A stretch of 64,000 bases of DNA from Candidatus Eiseniibacteriota bacterium (GTDB lineage: Bacteria; Eisenbacteria; RBG-16-71-46): NCBI GenBank assembly GCA_963717935.1, contig CAVQXP010000004.1:608001-672000 (forward strand), in the 5' to 3' direction. The notes beneath the pieces were generated by a model. The model did no database searches. It was not told the DNA's origin and worked only from the letters and a program-made list of their open reading frames with translations. Position numbers and translations under genes: made by a program. Shown piece by piece: positions 8,621 to 16,877 of this stretch (position 1 is its first letter; each line of letters starts with the position of its first letter).

Positions 8621-10483
8621 CTACTTCGCCAGCACGTCCTCCGGCGGCGCGCGCAGGGCCCGGGCGACCGGAACGAGGTTCTGCTCGGGGTCGGCCCAGG
8701 GCGAGCGGCGGTAGAAGAACTCCAGGCGCTCGTGGGGGTCGTTCGCGAAGGCCGAGTCCGTGGCCACCCGCGCGCGGAACTCCTTCGCCAGCGCGGGATC
8801 CTCCTGCATCATCTTCCGCGCCAGCGGCTCGACCACGTACGCCTCGCCGTATTCCTTCTTCTCGAGCACGGTGTCGAAGAAGTTCCAGTGCGCGAGCGCG
8901 TCGGGTGCCTGCGCCTCGAGCAGGTGCACGGCCACCAGGGCCGAGCGCTGGTCGAGCGGCACCCAGACATCGCCGGGCCGCCAGGTGCGCCAGCGCCGCG
9001 CGGACTCCACCCGGTCCACGGAGAGGGCGTGGTGCCCCTCAAAGGATTCGCTCGCGGCCTTCCAGCCCACGATCCGCGCCTGCTCGACCGTGTCGCTCCA
9101 GGCCCGCGCGAAGCGGCGGTAGCGCACGCCGTGCAGATCGAGGCGCTCGATGACCGACGGCCATTCCCGGGGCACCAGGTAGCCGGCCGGCTGGGTCACG
9201 GTGAGCGCAGGCGCGACCGCGAAGAAACGCGGGACCAGGGTGTCGAACGGCGCGGTGCCGTAGCGGATCACCGGCGCGCCCGCGATGTCGCTCCACTCCC
9301 ATGTGGGGCGCACGCCCTTGAGCATGAACATCACGCTGTCGCCAGTGGACTGCGAGGAGAGCGCGATGCTGCGCTTCGCCGGGTCGGGCTCGCGCCCGCG
9401 CGCGATGACCTGCGCCTCGGCGTCGGCCACCGCCGCGAGGAGCTCCTGCGGGCGCGCGTTGATCTCGGCGAGCGCGGCGGAGACCACGTCGTACGTGGCC
9501 CGCACGCGCATCTCGTAGGACTTGAGCATGTGGGTCTCGACCAGGATCGCGGGCCGGCACTGGAGCGGCGCGTAGCCGGTCGAGAAGCGCGGCGGGGCGT
9601 CCCCGGAGACGAAGCCCCGGAAGGGATTGGACCACTCCCGCAGGTAGAAGTAGGGCCCGACCAGGTGCCCCAGCGCCTCGACGGCGGGCAGCGCACGGCC
9701 CTCGAAGGCCGTCTCGATCCAGCGCGTCACGCTGGCCGGTTCCTGGGGCCCATGGTTGTAGCCCCAGGTCACGTCGTAGCGGCAGTCGAGCCCGTCGGTC
9801 GTGTGGGTGTCCATCAGCAGGTCCGGCCACCAGCGCGTGAAGACCTGCGAGAGGAACGCGCGCATCTCCGGTGATTCGGCCTTCAGGTAGTCGCGGTTCA
9901 GGTTCAGCCCGATGGGCGTGGTGCGCCAGCCCATCTCCTCGGGGCCGTTCTGGTTGATGCGGCCGTAGCGGCTGCGGCGCTCGTGCGAGTCCGGCGAGAG
10001 CATGGGCGCGATCAGCAGGATGCAGTGGTCGAGCAGGTCCTGCTGCCGGCCCGTGATGGCGATGTCGCGCAGCAGGGCGAGCATGGCGTCCTTGCCCTCG
10101 ATCTCGCCGGAGTGTACGCCGCACTGGACCAGGACCACGGGCTTGCCGCTGGCGCGCGCGGCCTCGGGCGTGAACGCGCGGTCCTTCGCGGCGACGACCA
10201 GCAGGAGGTCCCGTCCCTGCCCGCTCGTGCCGAAGGACTGCACGCGGATCAACGACGAGGACGCCTCGAGCCGGCGCAGGTACTCGACCGTCTCGTCGTA
10301 AGTCGAGGTCAGGCGGTAGGCCGTGCGCTCGGCGCGGGTGGCCCAGAACGCGGACAGCCCGAGCACCGGCGCCATGGGACGTGGAGCAAGGGCGAGCGAG
10401 TCGGCGCGGATCTGCGCCGGGGCGGAGCCCGGGATCAGCAGGACGGCGAGGGCCAGCGCGAGCGCGGGGGCGCGGGGAATCAT
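8621..10483 (-). CDS. M14 zinc carboxypeptidase family protein, exported
   Basis: HSGE (HxxE), NLNRD, DTHTT motifs; signal peptide. Confidence 0.9.
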   Translation of the reverse strand: MIPRAPALALALAVLLIPGSAPAQIRADSLALAPRPMAPVLGLSAFWATRAERTAYRLTSTYDETVEYLRRLEASSSLIRVQSFGTSGQGRDLLLVVAAKDRAFTPEAARASGKPVVLVQCGVHSGEIEGKDAMLALLRDIAITGRQQDLLDHCILLIAPMLSPDSHERRSRYGRINQNGPEEMGWRTTPIGLNLNRDYLKAESPEMRAFLSQVFTRWWPDLLMDTHTTDGLDCRYDVTWGYNHGPQEPASVTRWIETAFEGRALPAVEALGHLVGPYFYLREWSNPFRGFVSGDAPPRFSTGYAPLQCRPAILVETHMLKSYEMRVRATYDVVSAALAEINARPQELLAAVADAEAQVIARGREPDPAKRSIALSSQSTGDSVMFMLKGVRPTWEWSDIAGAPVIRYGTAPFDTLVPRFFAVAPALTVTQPAGYLVPREWPSVIERLDLHGVRYRRFARAWSDTVEQARIVGWKAASESFEGHHALSVDRVESARRWRTWRPGDVWVPLDQRSALVAVHLLEAQAPDALAHWNFFDTVLEKKEYGEAYVVEPLARKMMQEDPALAKEFRARVATDSAFANDPHERLEFFYRRSPWADPEQNLVPVARALRAPPEDVLAK

Positions 10484-10591
10484 GCGCGCAGGATAGCACA
10501 GGGACGCGCGTCCGCTTCACGCTCCGCGGATGTCAGCGTGACGCGTCGTCGAAGCGCCCGGTCCTCTCCGGCCTTCGATCCCGAAGGTCGA

Positions 10592-10619
10592 GCGGCCACC
10601 CCGCGAGGGAGGTGGCCGC
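10592..10619. terminator. Hairpin downstream of the 10655 gene (probable terminator)
   Basis: GCGGCCACC-CCGCGAGGGA-GGTGGCCGC inverted repeat; no clear U tract. Confidence 0.4.
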
Positions 10620-10654
10620 CCTGAAACAAGCGCACGGACCGCCGCTGTTCTTCG

Positions 10655-13339
10655 CTACCGCATCCAGATCAATCGCCGTGTGAGGGTGTGGCCCAGGGCC
10701 TCGAGCCGCGCGAAGTAGGCGCCCGCGGCGACCGTTCGCCCGCTCTCGTCACGGCCGTCCCACACCGCGCTGTTCACGCCCGCGCCGCGTGAGCCGTCGG
10801 CGAGGGTGCGCACCAGCTCTCCGCGCAGGCCGTAGATCCTGAGCGTCACCCTTCCCTCGGTGGGCAGGGTGTACTGCAGCCGGGCCGATCCCGAGGCGGG
10901 GTTGGGCCACACCGGCGCCAGCGCGAGCGTGTGGGAGTCGGGGCCCACGCCCGTCGGGGCCGTCACGGTGAGGGTCACGGCGCACTGCTCGACGAGCGTG
11001 TTCTTCTCGTTCCGCACGGCGAGCGTGAGGACGTTGGTTCCGCTGGCCGCGGTGTCGGGCGCGGTGACCGACAGGTCGATGCCCGCCGAGCCGGCGGCGG
11101 CCACGCTGCCGAGAGACCCGGGAGCGGGCATGGGCCAGGCCCGCGCGCTCGTCAGCTCATACGTATAGTCATTGGAGAAGAGCGGGTTCAGGTTGTTCAC
11201 GGTCCACGAGAGGTCCAGGCCGCCGTTCGGCGCGATGGCCAGGTCGGCCGGGCAGTCGCTCAGGGAGTGCCAGGTGTCGATCGCCGCCTCCCAGGTGTCG
11301 GGGTTGGAGCCGCGGCCGTCGGACCAGACCGGCCGGACGTAGCGCGAGTCGGCGAGCGTCGAGGAATAGTCGCCCATGTTGGGGGCCATGTTGCTCAGAC
11401 TGGTGGTGAAGTTGCTCGCGGCGTCCGTGAACCTCGCGTTCGCCTGCCAGGTCGTGCCGCCGTCGACCGAGCGGGAGGCGTACTGATGGCAGCGCGAGCC
11501 GTAGGTGTCCTCGCGGTAGTCGTACCAGGTCACGTACGGGCACCCGTCGGGGCCCACCACCACCTCGGGCAGGAAGTCGTCGAAGCCGAGGGCGTTGTCG
11601 TTGACCCGGGCCGGCGTGGACCAGGTCGCGCCGTCGTCCGAGTAGCACGCCAGCACGTCACGCTGGTCGCGGCCGTGGCCGGAGCCGGGCGCTCCGTAGG
11701 CGGTCAGGATGCGGTACTTGAAGAGCCGTGACGTGGTGAAGGCGGGCGCCATGCGCAGGAAGTAGGTCGCCGTCACGGGCGCGGTGAAGGAGTAGAAGGC
11801 CTCACCCGGCACGGAGCTCGTGGAGTCCAGTTCGGCCCCGAACGCGATGCGCTGAACGTCGTCGGGCGAAGGCGCGAAGATGCGCAGGGTGTAGGTGGCC
11901 CTGCTACTGAGCGAGTCGGCCCAGATCACCACGCTCTGCCCCGCGGTGAGCGAGAACTTCCAGTAGTCGAGATCGGCGGGGCTGCCCGTCGTGACGGTGC
12001 CTCGCAGGGTCTGGCCCGGGGTGAAGAGCGTGGCCGTGGCGGACGTGTTGTTGGACTCGACCTCGGCCTTGCCCGCGTTGATGGAGAAGCCCTGTCCCAG
12101 GATGTCCCAGGTCTCGCCCCAGGTGGCATGGACGCGCCCCCGGTTCGGGCCCGTCGTGCGATCCACGGTGATGGACGGGAAGCCGATCCCGCGCTCGCGG
12201 TTGAACCCGGGCGAGCCGGTGCCGAACTGGTCCATGTAGCTGGCCAGCGGGATCTCGGCGCTGAAGGTGGCGCCGTGGTCCACGGACCTGCGGACCTTGA
12301 AGTCGTTCGCGTCGGTCGTCCGGCTGATGGCCATCCACGTCACGTAGACTTCGCCGTTCGGGCCCACGGTGGGGCGCGACCCCTGCACGTAGCCGTTGTC
12401 CGCGGTCTGGGAGATCTGCGTGGCCGCCGACCAGGTGGCTCCGCCGTCGCCCGAGCGATAGAAGTCGATCCGGTTGGTGTTCGTGAACGTCGTGTTCGAG
12501 ACGTACACGTAGTTGCTGGACGAGTCGGCGAAGAACCACTGCTTGTCGAGGAAGGTGGTGGTGTTGGGGACCGAGCGCACCACGACCACGCTGTCCCAGA
12601 CGAACGACGCGCCCGAGAAGTGCCCGTACGCCACGCCGATGCCGTTGTGGGTGGCGTCGGGATTGACCAGGCCGCAGTAGTAGAAACGGCCGGTCTTCTC
12701 GTTGACCGTCGTCACCGGGTCGCTGGTCCAGGTCCACGAGGGATAGGCGGCCGGGTGCGGGATGTCGCCGCCGTCCACGAACGTGGCGCCGCCGTCGGTC
12801 GAGTAGCCCCAGCCCTGTGTGTCTCCGCCGGTGGAGAAGCCCTGGCTGTCGTTCCACGCGACGAGGATGTTGTTCCCGAGGAAGGCGATGCTCTCCTCGG
12901 ACTGGCACGAAGAGGTGGAGAGGTCCCCGGCCGGGTCGTTCACCCGCACGTTCGTGGGCACGACGGCCGTGGAGAGCGCGGTGAGGAGGTCCGCGGGTGC
13001 GGCGTGGCGCGCCGCGGTCTCCGGCACGAGGTAGTCCTCGCCCATGGGCCGGCCCGCGCGTGCGCCGGGCTTGATGGCCTTGCCGCGCTTCGCCGCCTTC
13101 AACTCCTTCACCTTCTGCTTGGCCCGCACGAAGTGCCGTCGCGCGCCCTTCCACATGAGGTTCCGCTCGAGTTCCTTGAGCTGGCGCAACTGGACGTCGT
13201 GAGGGACGGGCGTGCCTTCGACGCCCTGCCGTGCGTCCGGGCCCTGCCCGAACGCGGGGCAGGCGACGAGGGCGGCGAGCGCCACGGAAAACAGGACGCG
13301 CCGTCCGCTGGAGCGGTGCACCGGATCACACGGGGACAT
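10655..13339 (-). CDS. Secreted Asp-box (sialidase-like) beta-propeller protein with PPC-like insert and C-terminal FlgD-Ig/CTD-like domain
   Basis: Repeated S.D.G.TW/F Asp boxes; EVESNN..DLDYWKF PPC-like segment; tail WPNP...IYGLRGELVRTL...WDGRDESG...G.YF.RL; GGAGG RBS before ATG 13339. Confidence 0.85.
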   Translation of the reverse strand: MSPCDPVHRSSGRRVLFSVALAALVACPAFGQGPDARQGVEGTPVPHDVQLRQLKELERNLMWKGARRHFVRAKQKVKELKAAKRGKAIKPGARAGRPMGEDYLVPETAARHAAPADLLTALSTAVVPTNVRVNDPAGDLSTSSCQSEESIAFLGNNILVAWNDSQGFSTGGDTQGWGYSTDGGATFVDGGDIPHPAAYPSWTWTSDPVTTVNEKTGRFYYCGLVNPDATHNGIGVAYGHFSGASFVWDSVVVVRSVPNTTTFLDKQWFFADSSSNYVYVSNTTFTNTNRIDFYRSGDGGATWSAATQISQTADNGYVQGSRPTVGPNGEVYVTWMAISRTTDANDFKVRRSVDHGATFSAEIPLASYMDQFGTGSPGFNRERGIGFPSITVDRTTGPNRGRVHATWGETWDILGQGFSINAGKAEVESNNTSATATLFTPGQTLRGTVTTGSPADLDYWKFSLTAGQSVVIWADSLSSRATYTLRIFAPSPDDVQRIAFGAELDSTSSVPGEAFYSFTAPVTATYFLRMAPAFTTSRLFKYRILTAYGAPGSGHGRDQRDVLACYSDDGATWSTPARVNDNALGFDDFLPEVVVGPDGCPYVTWYDYREDTYGSRCHQYASRSVDGGTTWQANARFTDAASNFTTSLSNMAPNMGDYSSTLADSRYVRPVWSDGRGSNPDTWEAAIDTWHSLSDCPADLAIAPNGGLDLSWTVNNLNPLFSNDYTYELTSARAWPMPAPGSLGSVAAAGSAGIDLSVTAPDTAASGTNVLTLAVRNEKNTLVEQCAVTLTVTAPTGVGPDSHTLALAPVWPNPASGSARLQYTLPTEGRVTLRIYGLRGELVRTLADGSRGAGVNSAVWDGRDESGRTVAAGAYFARLEALGHTLTRRLIWMR

Positions 13340-13584
13340 AGGGCAGCCTCCGAAACGCAAGATGGGACAAAGATGCCATGCGGCTGGACCCTGATGATTC
13401 TACTCCAATGTATGCCCGGAGCAGGACAGCACCGAGCTGAGCCGCATCCGGCCCGGGGCTCCGGGGGCCCTCCGGGAGACGGGCCGCGTTGCGATCTGCA
13501 CGATGGCAGGTGCGCCGGCGGGCATCCTGGTCCTGGCCGGGCGGGCCGGTGGCGCCCTGCCCGGTCCCGGGGGTTCCGCCGGGC

Positions 13585-16500
13585 TCAGCGAGTGACGATC
13601 AGCTTGCCCGTGGCCCGGCGACCCGCCTGCGACAGCCGCAGGAGGTAGAGCCCGGGCCGGAGCGATCGGGCCTCCGCGAGGTCCACGCGGTGAAGGCCGG
13701 GGCCCAGACCGCCCAGTTCGAGCGCGTGCACCCGCCGTCCCGCGAGATCGAGCAACTCGAGCCGCGCCGGCTGGTCGCCGGCCAGCGTGAGCCACACGTG
13801 CGCCGTCCCGTGCGTGGGGTTCGGCCAGACGCCCCGCAGCGCCAGGCCGGCGGGGGCCGTCACGCCCGCGCCGAGCAGCGCGGCGGGGATGATGGTGAAG
13901 TTCGAGTCGTTCACGGCGGCGTGTCCCGGCACGGCCGGGTCCGCGACCCGGACGCGTGCCTGCGCCGTGTACGGGCCGGTCACGTTCCACGTCCAGCTGG
14001 TGTCCGTCACGCTGCGGGCGAGCGTCTGCCAGTTCGCGCCCCCGTCGCGAGAGAGGGCGACGTCCACGGCGAGGATGCCGGCGCTGCGCGTCCACGCGAG
14101 CGTCCGCTGCGTCCCGGTGATCCACTGCTCCCCTCCCGCGGGGACCGTCACCTGGAGCGCCATGGGCAGCGGGCTCGGGCACGAGGCGAGCAGGACCGAG
14201 ACCGTGCCCGAAACGGCGCTGTTCGCCACGGCGAAGTCGGCCATGCCGTCGTGATCGAAGTCGCCGCTCGCCAGCGCGCGCGCCTGCGTGCCGGCCGCGA
14301 AGGCCTGCGGCGTCGCGAACGTGCCGTCGGGCCGCCCGCCGCTCGCGCGTCCGGTGAGGATGGAGACGGTGTTCGTCGTGCTGCTGTTGGGCACCGCGAG
14401 GTCGGGGACGCCGTCTCCGTTCCAGTCGCCCACCACGATCGCGTAGGGGGACGCGCCGCAGGCGTAGTGCACGGGCGGGAGGAACGAGCCGTCGCCCTGT
14501 CCGTCCGCACCGCTTCCGAGCAGGATCGAGATCGAGCCGCTGCCCGAGTTGGCCACGGCGAGGTCGGTGATGCCGTCGGCGTCGAAGTCGCCCGTGGTGA
14601 CGCCGAAGGGGGTGCTCTGGCAGACGTAGGTGGTCTTCGCGCCGAAGGTGCCGTTGCCGCGGCCGTCCGTGCCCAGGCCGGGCAGCACGTTCACGCCCGC
14701 GCCGCCCGCGACGGCGAGGTCGATGATGCCGTTCGAGTCGAAGTCGCCGGTCGTGATCGCGTACACGGCCGTGCCGATGGTGTAGTGCACCGCGAGGGCG
14801 AAGGTGCCGTCCGGGACGCCGTCCGAGCCCCGGCCGATCAGGACGGAGACCTTGCCGCTGCCGCAGGCCACGGCCAGATCGGGGATGCCGTCGGCGTCGA
14901 AGTCGCCCACGGCGATCGCCCAGGGGTTCGCGCCCACGGCGAGCTTCGGCCCGACCGTGAAGGTGCCGGTGCCGGCCCCGCCCGTGCCCTGGCCGAACAG
15001 CAGGCTCACGCCGGCGGCCTCTTCGTCGGCCACGGCGAGGTCGAGGATGCCGTCGCCGTTGAAGTCGCCGCTCGCGAGCGCGACGGGGAACGACCCCGCG
15101 GGCAGGGCGCAGGGGACCGCCGTGGCGAACGTGCCATCGCCGGTGCCGTCCAGGCCCTGGCCGCGCAGGATGGAGACGGTGTTGCCGACGAAGTTGGCCA
15201 CGGCGAGGTCGAGGATGCCGTCCTCGTCGAAGTCGGCGGACAGGCACGCGGTCGGCGACGACCCCACGGCGTACGCCACGGGCGCCGCGGGCCCGCACAC
15301 CACGCTTCTCACCTCGCCGCAGAACGCCGAGGAATCCGTGCTGCACATCGCCTTCACCTTGTACCAGAAGGCGCCGATCGCCAGGTCCGCCAACCCGGCG
15401 CCGGTCGTCGTGCCGATCAGCACCGGGGCGAGGTCCTGCGGCCACGGGCTCCGGTAGACGTCGTAGCGCAGGACCCCGGCCGTCGGGCTGGCGGTCCAGG
15501 TGAGGCTCGCGCCAGCCGAGTCCGTAGCGACCGCGAGATCCGACGGGGGCTGGATGACGGCGGCCGCGAAGCAGTTGGCGTGCTCGGCCGCGTCGCGCAT
15601 CACGCTCCTGCAGGCGGGATGGAAGTCGAGCCGGATACTGCCCTCGCCGCCGATCAGGTGACAGTAGGACATGATGGTGCCGAGGTCGGCGGGCACGATG
15701 CCGACGACGCCGGTGTAGCAGGAGCCCTCCGCCGTGTAGCAGGAGTCGAGCAGCGCGCCCGCGGGCGCGTAGCCGTGCAACTGCCACCAGCAACTGTGCG
15801 TGTGCTGGGAGCTGAAATTGTGCCCCAGCTCGTGGGCCATCACGTTGATGTCCCAGGTCGTGACGGCGGACGGGTAGGGGTTGTTCCCGTTCAGGTTGGA
15901 GATCACGCTGTAGCCGTAGGTCGTGCTGCACAGCGCGCCGACCCAGGCGATGCCGCCGCCCAGCGCGCGGCCCGAGACGAGTTGCGCGAGGTCGCGCGTC
16001 ACATCCGCGCGGTTGTCTATCCACCAGGTCTGGAACTCGGTCAGCGCGGGGCTGAGGGTCGTGGCCGAGTAGGGGTCGGCCGGCGTGGTCCAGACGTTGA
16101 GGTACGAGGTCCGCAACTCCACGTTCACCTCGCGCTCGTAGATCGCCGAGGTCGTGCCCAGCAGCACGAGCGCGTAGTTGACCGCGCGCGTCGCGTCGCT
16201 TCCCTCCTTGACGAAGAACTCGTAGTCGCAGTCAAGCGCCAGGTCGCACACCAGCCGCGCGGTCGTGGCCTGCACGTCCGCGGGGAGTGCCGGGAGGCCT
16301 GCGGGTGGCTCGGGGCCGTCGCCCTGCAACTCGTCGGAGGGGCAGAGGAACGCGACGGCCGGCGGCGCGGGCAGGCTGGCCTCGTCGGCGATGACGTGCC
16401 CCCCGCCCGTCTCGTCGAGCGGTGCCACGATGAGCCGGCCCGCGGCGCGCTCGACCCAGCCCGTCACCTGGCTGGAGGTCATGGCGATCACGGCGAGCGA

Positions 16501-16863
16501 GCCGGGCTCGTCCTCGACCAGTCCCCTGAACAGCGTGAGGTCGGGCTGCCAGGGCACCGGGCCGTGCTCCCCGCTCAGCGTGACCGTTGCCCCCGGGGCG
16601 AGCACCTCGAAGCGCTGGAGTACGAGCGTGAGCGTCGAGCCGTCGGCCAGCGGCAGGTCGAGGCGGCCGGCGTCCTGGAGCCGGAAGCGGCGCAGCGCCT
16701 CGCGGTCCACCGTGGCGGCCGCGGACCCGCGCGGGGTGGCCACCGGGACCGCGGCCGTCTGGCGGCGGAAGACACCGGCGGAAGCGCCGGTCTGCGCGCG
16801 GACCGGCGCGCTCACGAGGAGCCCGGCGAGGATGGCGAGCAGGAGCGCGCGGGATCGCTTCAT
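13585..16863 (-). CDS. Secreted M12/reprolysin-like metalloprotease with FG-GAP/VCBS repeats and CTD-like tail
   Basis: HELGHNFSSQH zinc motif, TIMSY Met-turn, seven GDFD.DG..DLAVA-type repeats, WPNP...LELLDLAGR tail. Confidence 0.88.
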   Translation of the reverse strand: MKRSRALLLAILAGLLVSAPVRAQTGASAGVFRRQTAAVPVATPRGSAAATVDREALRRFRLQDAGRLDLPLADGSTLTLVLQRFEVLAPGATVTLSGEHGPVPWQPDLTLFRGLVEDEPGSLAVIAMTSSQVTGWVERAAGRLIVAPLDETGGGHVIADEASLPAPPAVAFLCPSDELQGDGPEPPAGLPALPADVQATTARLVCDLALDCDYEFFVKEGSDATRAVNYALVLLGTTSAIYEREVNVELRTSYLNVWTTPADPYSATTLSPALTEFQTWWIDNRADVTRDLAQLVSGRALGGGIAWVGALCSTTYGYSVISNLNGNNPYPSAVTTWDINVMAHELGHNFSSQHTHSCWWQLHGYAPAGALLDSCYTAEGSCYTGVVGIVPADLGTIMSYCHLIGGEGSIRLDFHPACRSVMRDAAEHANCFAAAVIQPPSDLAVATDSAGASLTWTASPTAGVLRYDVYRSPWPQDLAPVLIGTTTGAGLADLAIGAFWYKVKAMCSTDSSAFCGEVRSVVCGPAAPVAYAVGSSPTACLSADFDEDGILDLAVANFVGNTVSILRGQGLDGTGDGTFATAVPCALPAGSFPVALASGDFNGDGILDLAVADEEAAGVSLLFGQGTGGAGTGTFTVGPKLAVGANPWAIAVGDFDADGIPDLAVACGSGKVSVLIGRGSDGVPDGTFALAVHYTIGTAVYAITTGDFDSNGIIDLAVAGGAGVNVLPGLGTDGRGNGTFGAKTTYVCQSTPFGVTTGDFDADGITDLAVANSGSGSISILLGSGADGQGDGSFLPPVHYACGASPYAIVVGDWNGDGVPDLAVPNSSTTNTVSILTGRASGGRPDGTFATPQAFAAGTQARALASGDFDHDGMADFAVANSAVSGTVSVLLASCPSPLPMALQVTVPAGGEQWITGTQRTLAWTRSAGILAVDVALSRDGGANWQTLARSVTDTSWTWNVTGPYTAQARVRVADPAVPGHAAVNDSNFTIIPAALLGAGVTAPAGLALRGVWPNPTHGTAHVWLTLAGDQPARLELLDLAGRRVHALELGGLGPGLHRVDLAEARSLRPGLYLLRLSQAGRRATGKLIVTR

Positions 16864-16877
16864 GGGTCTTCCCTGGT

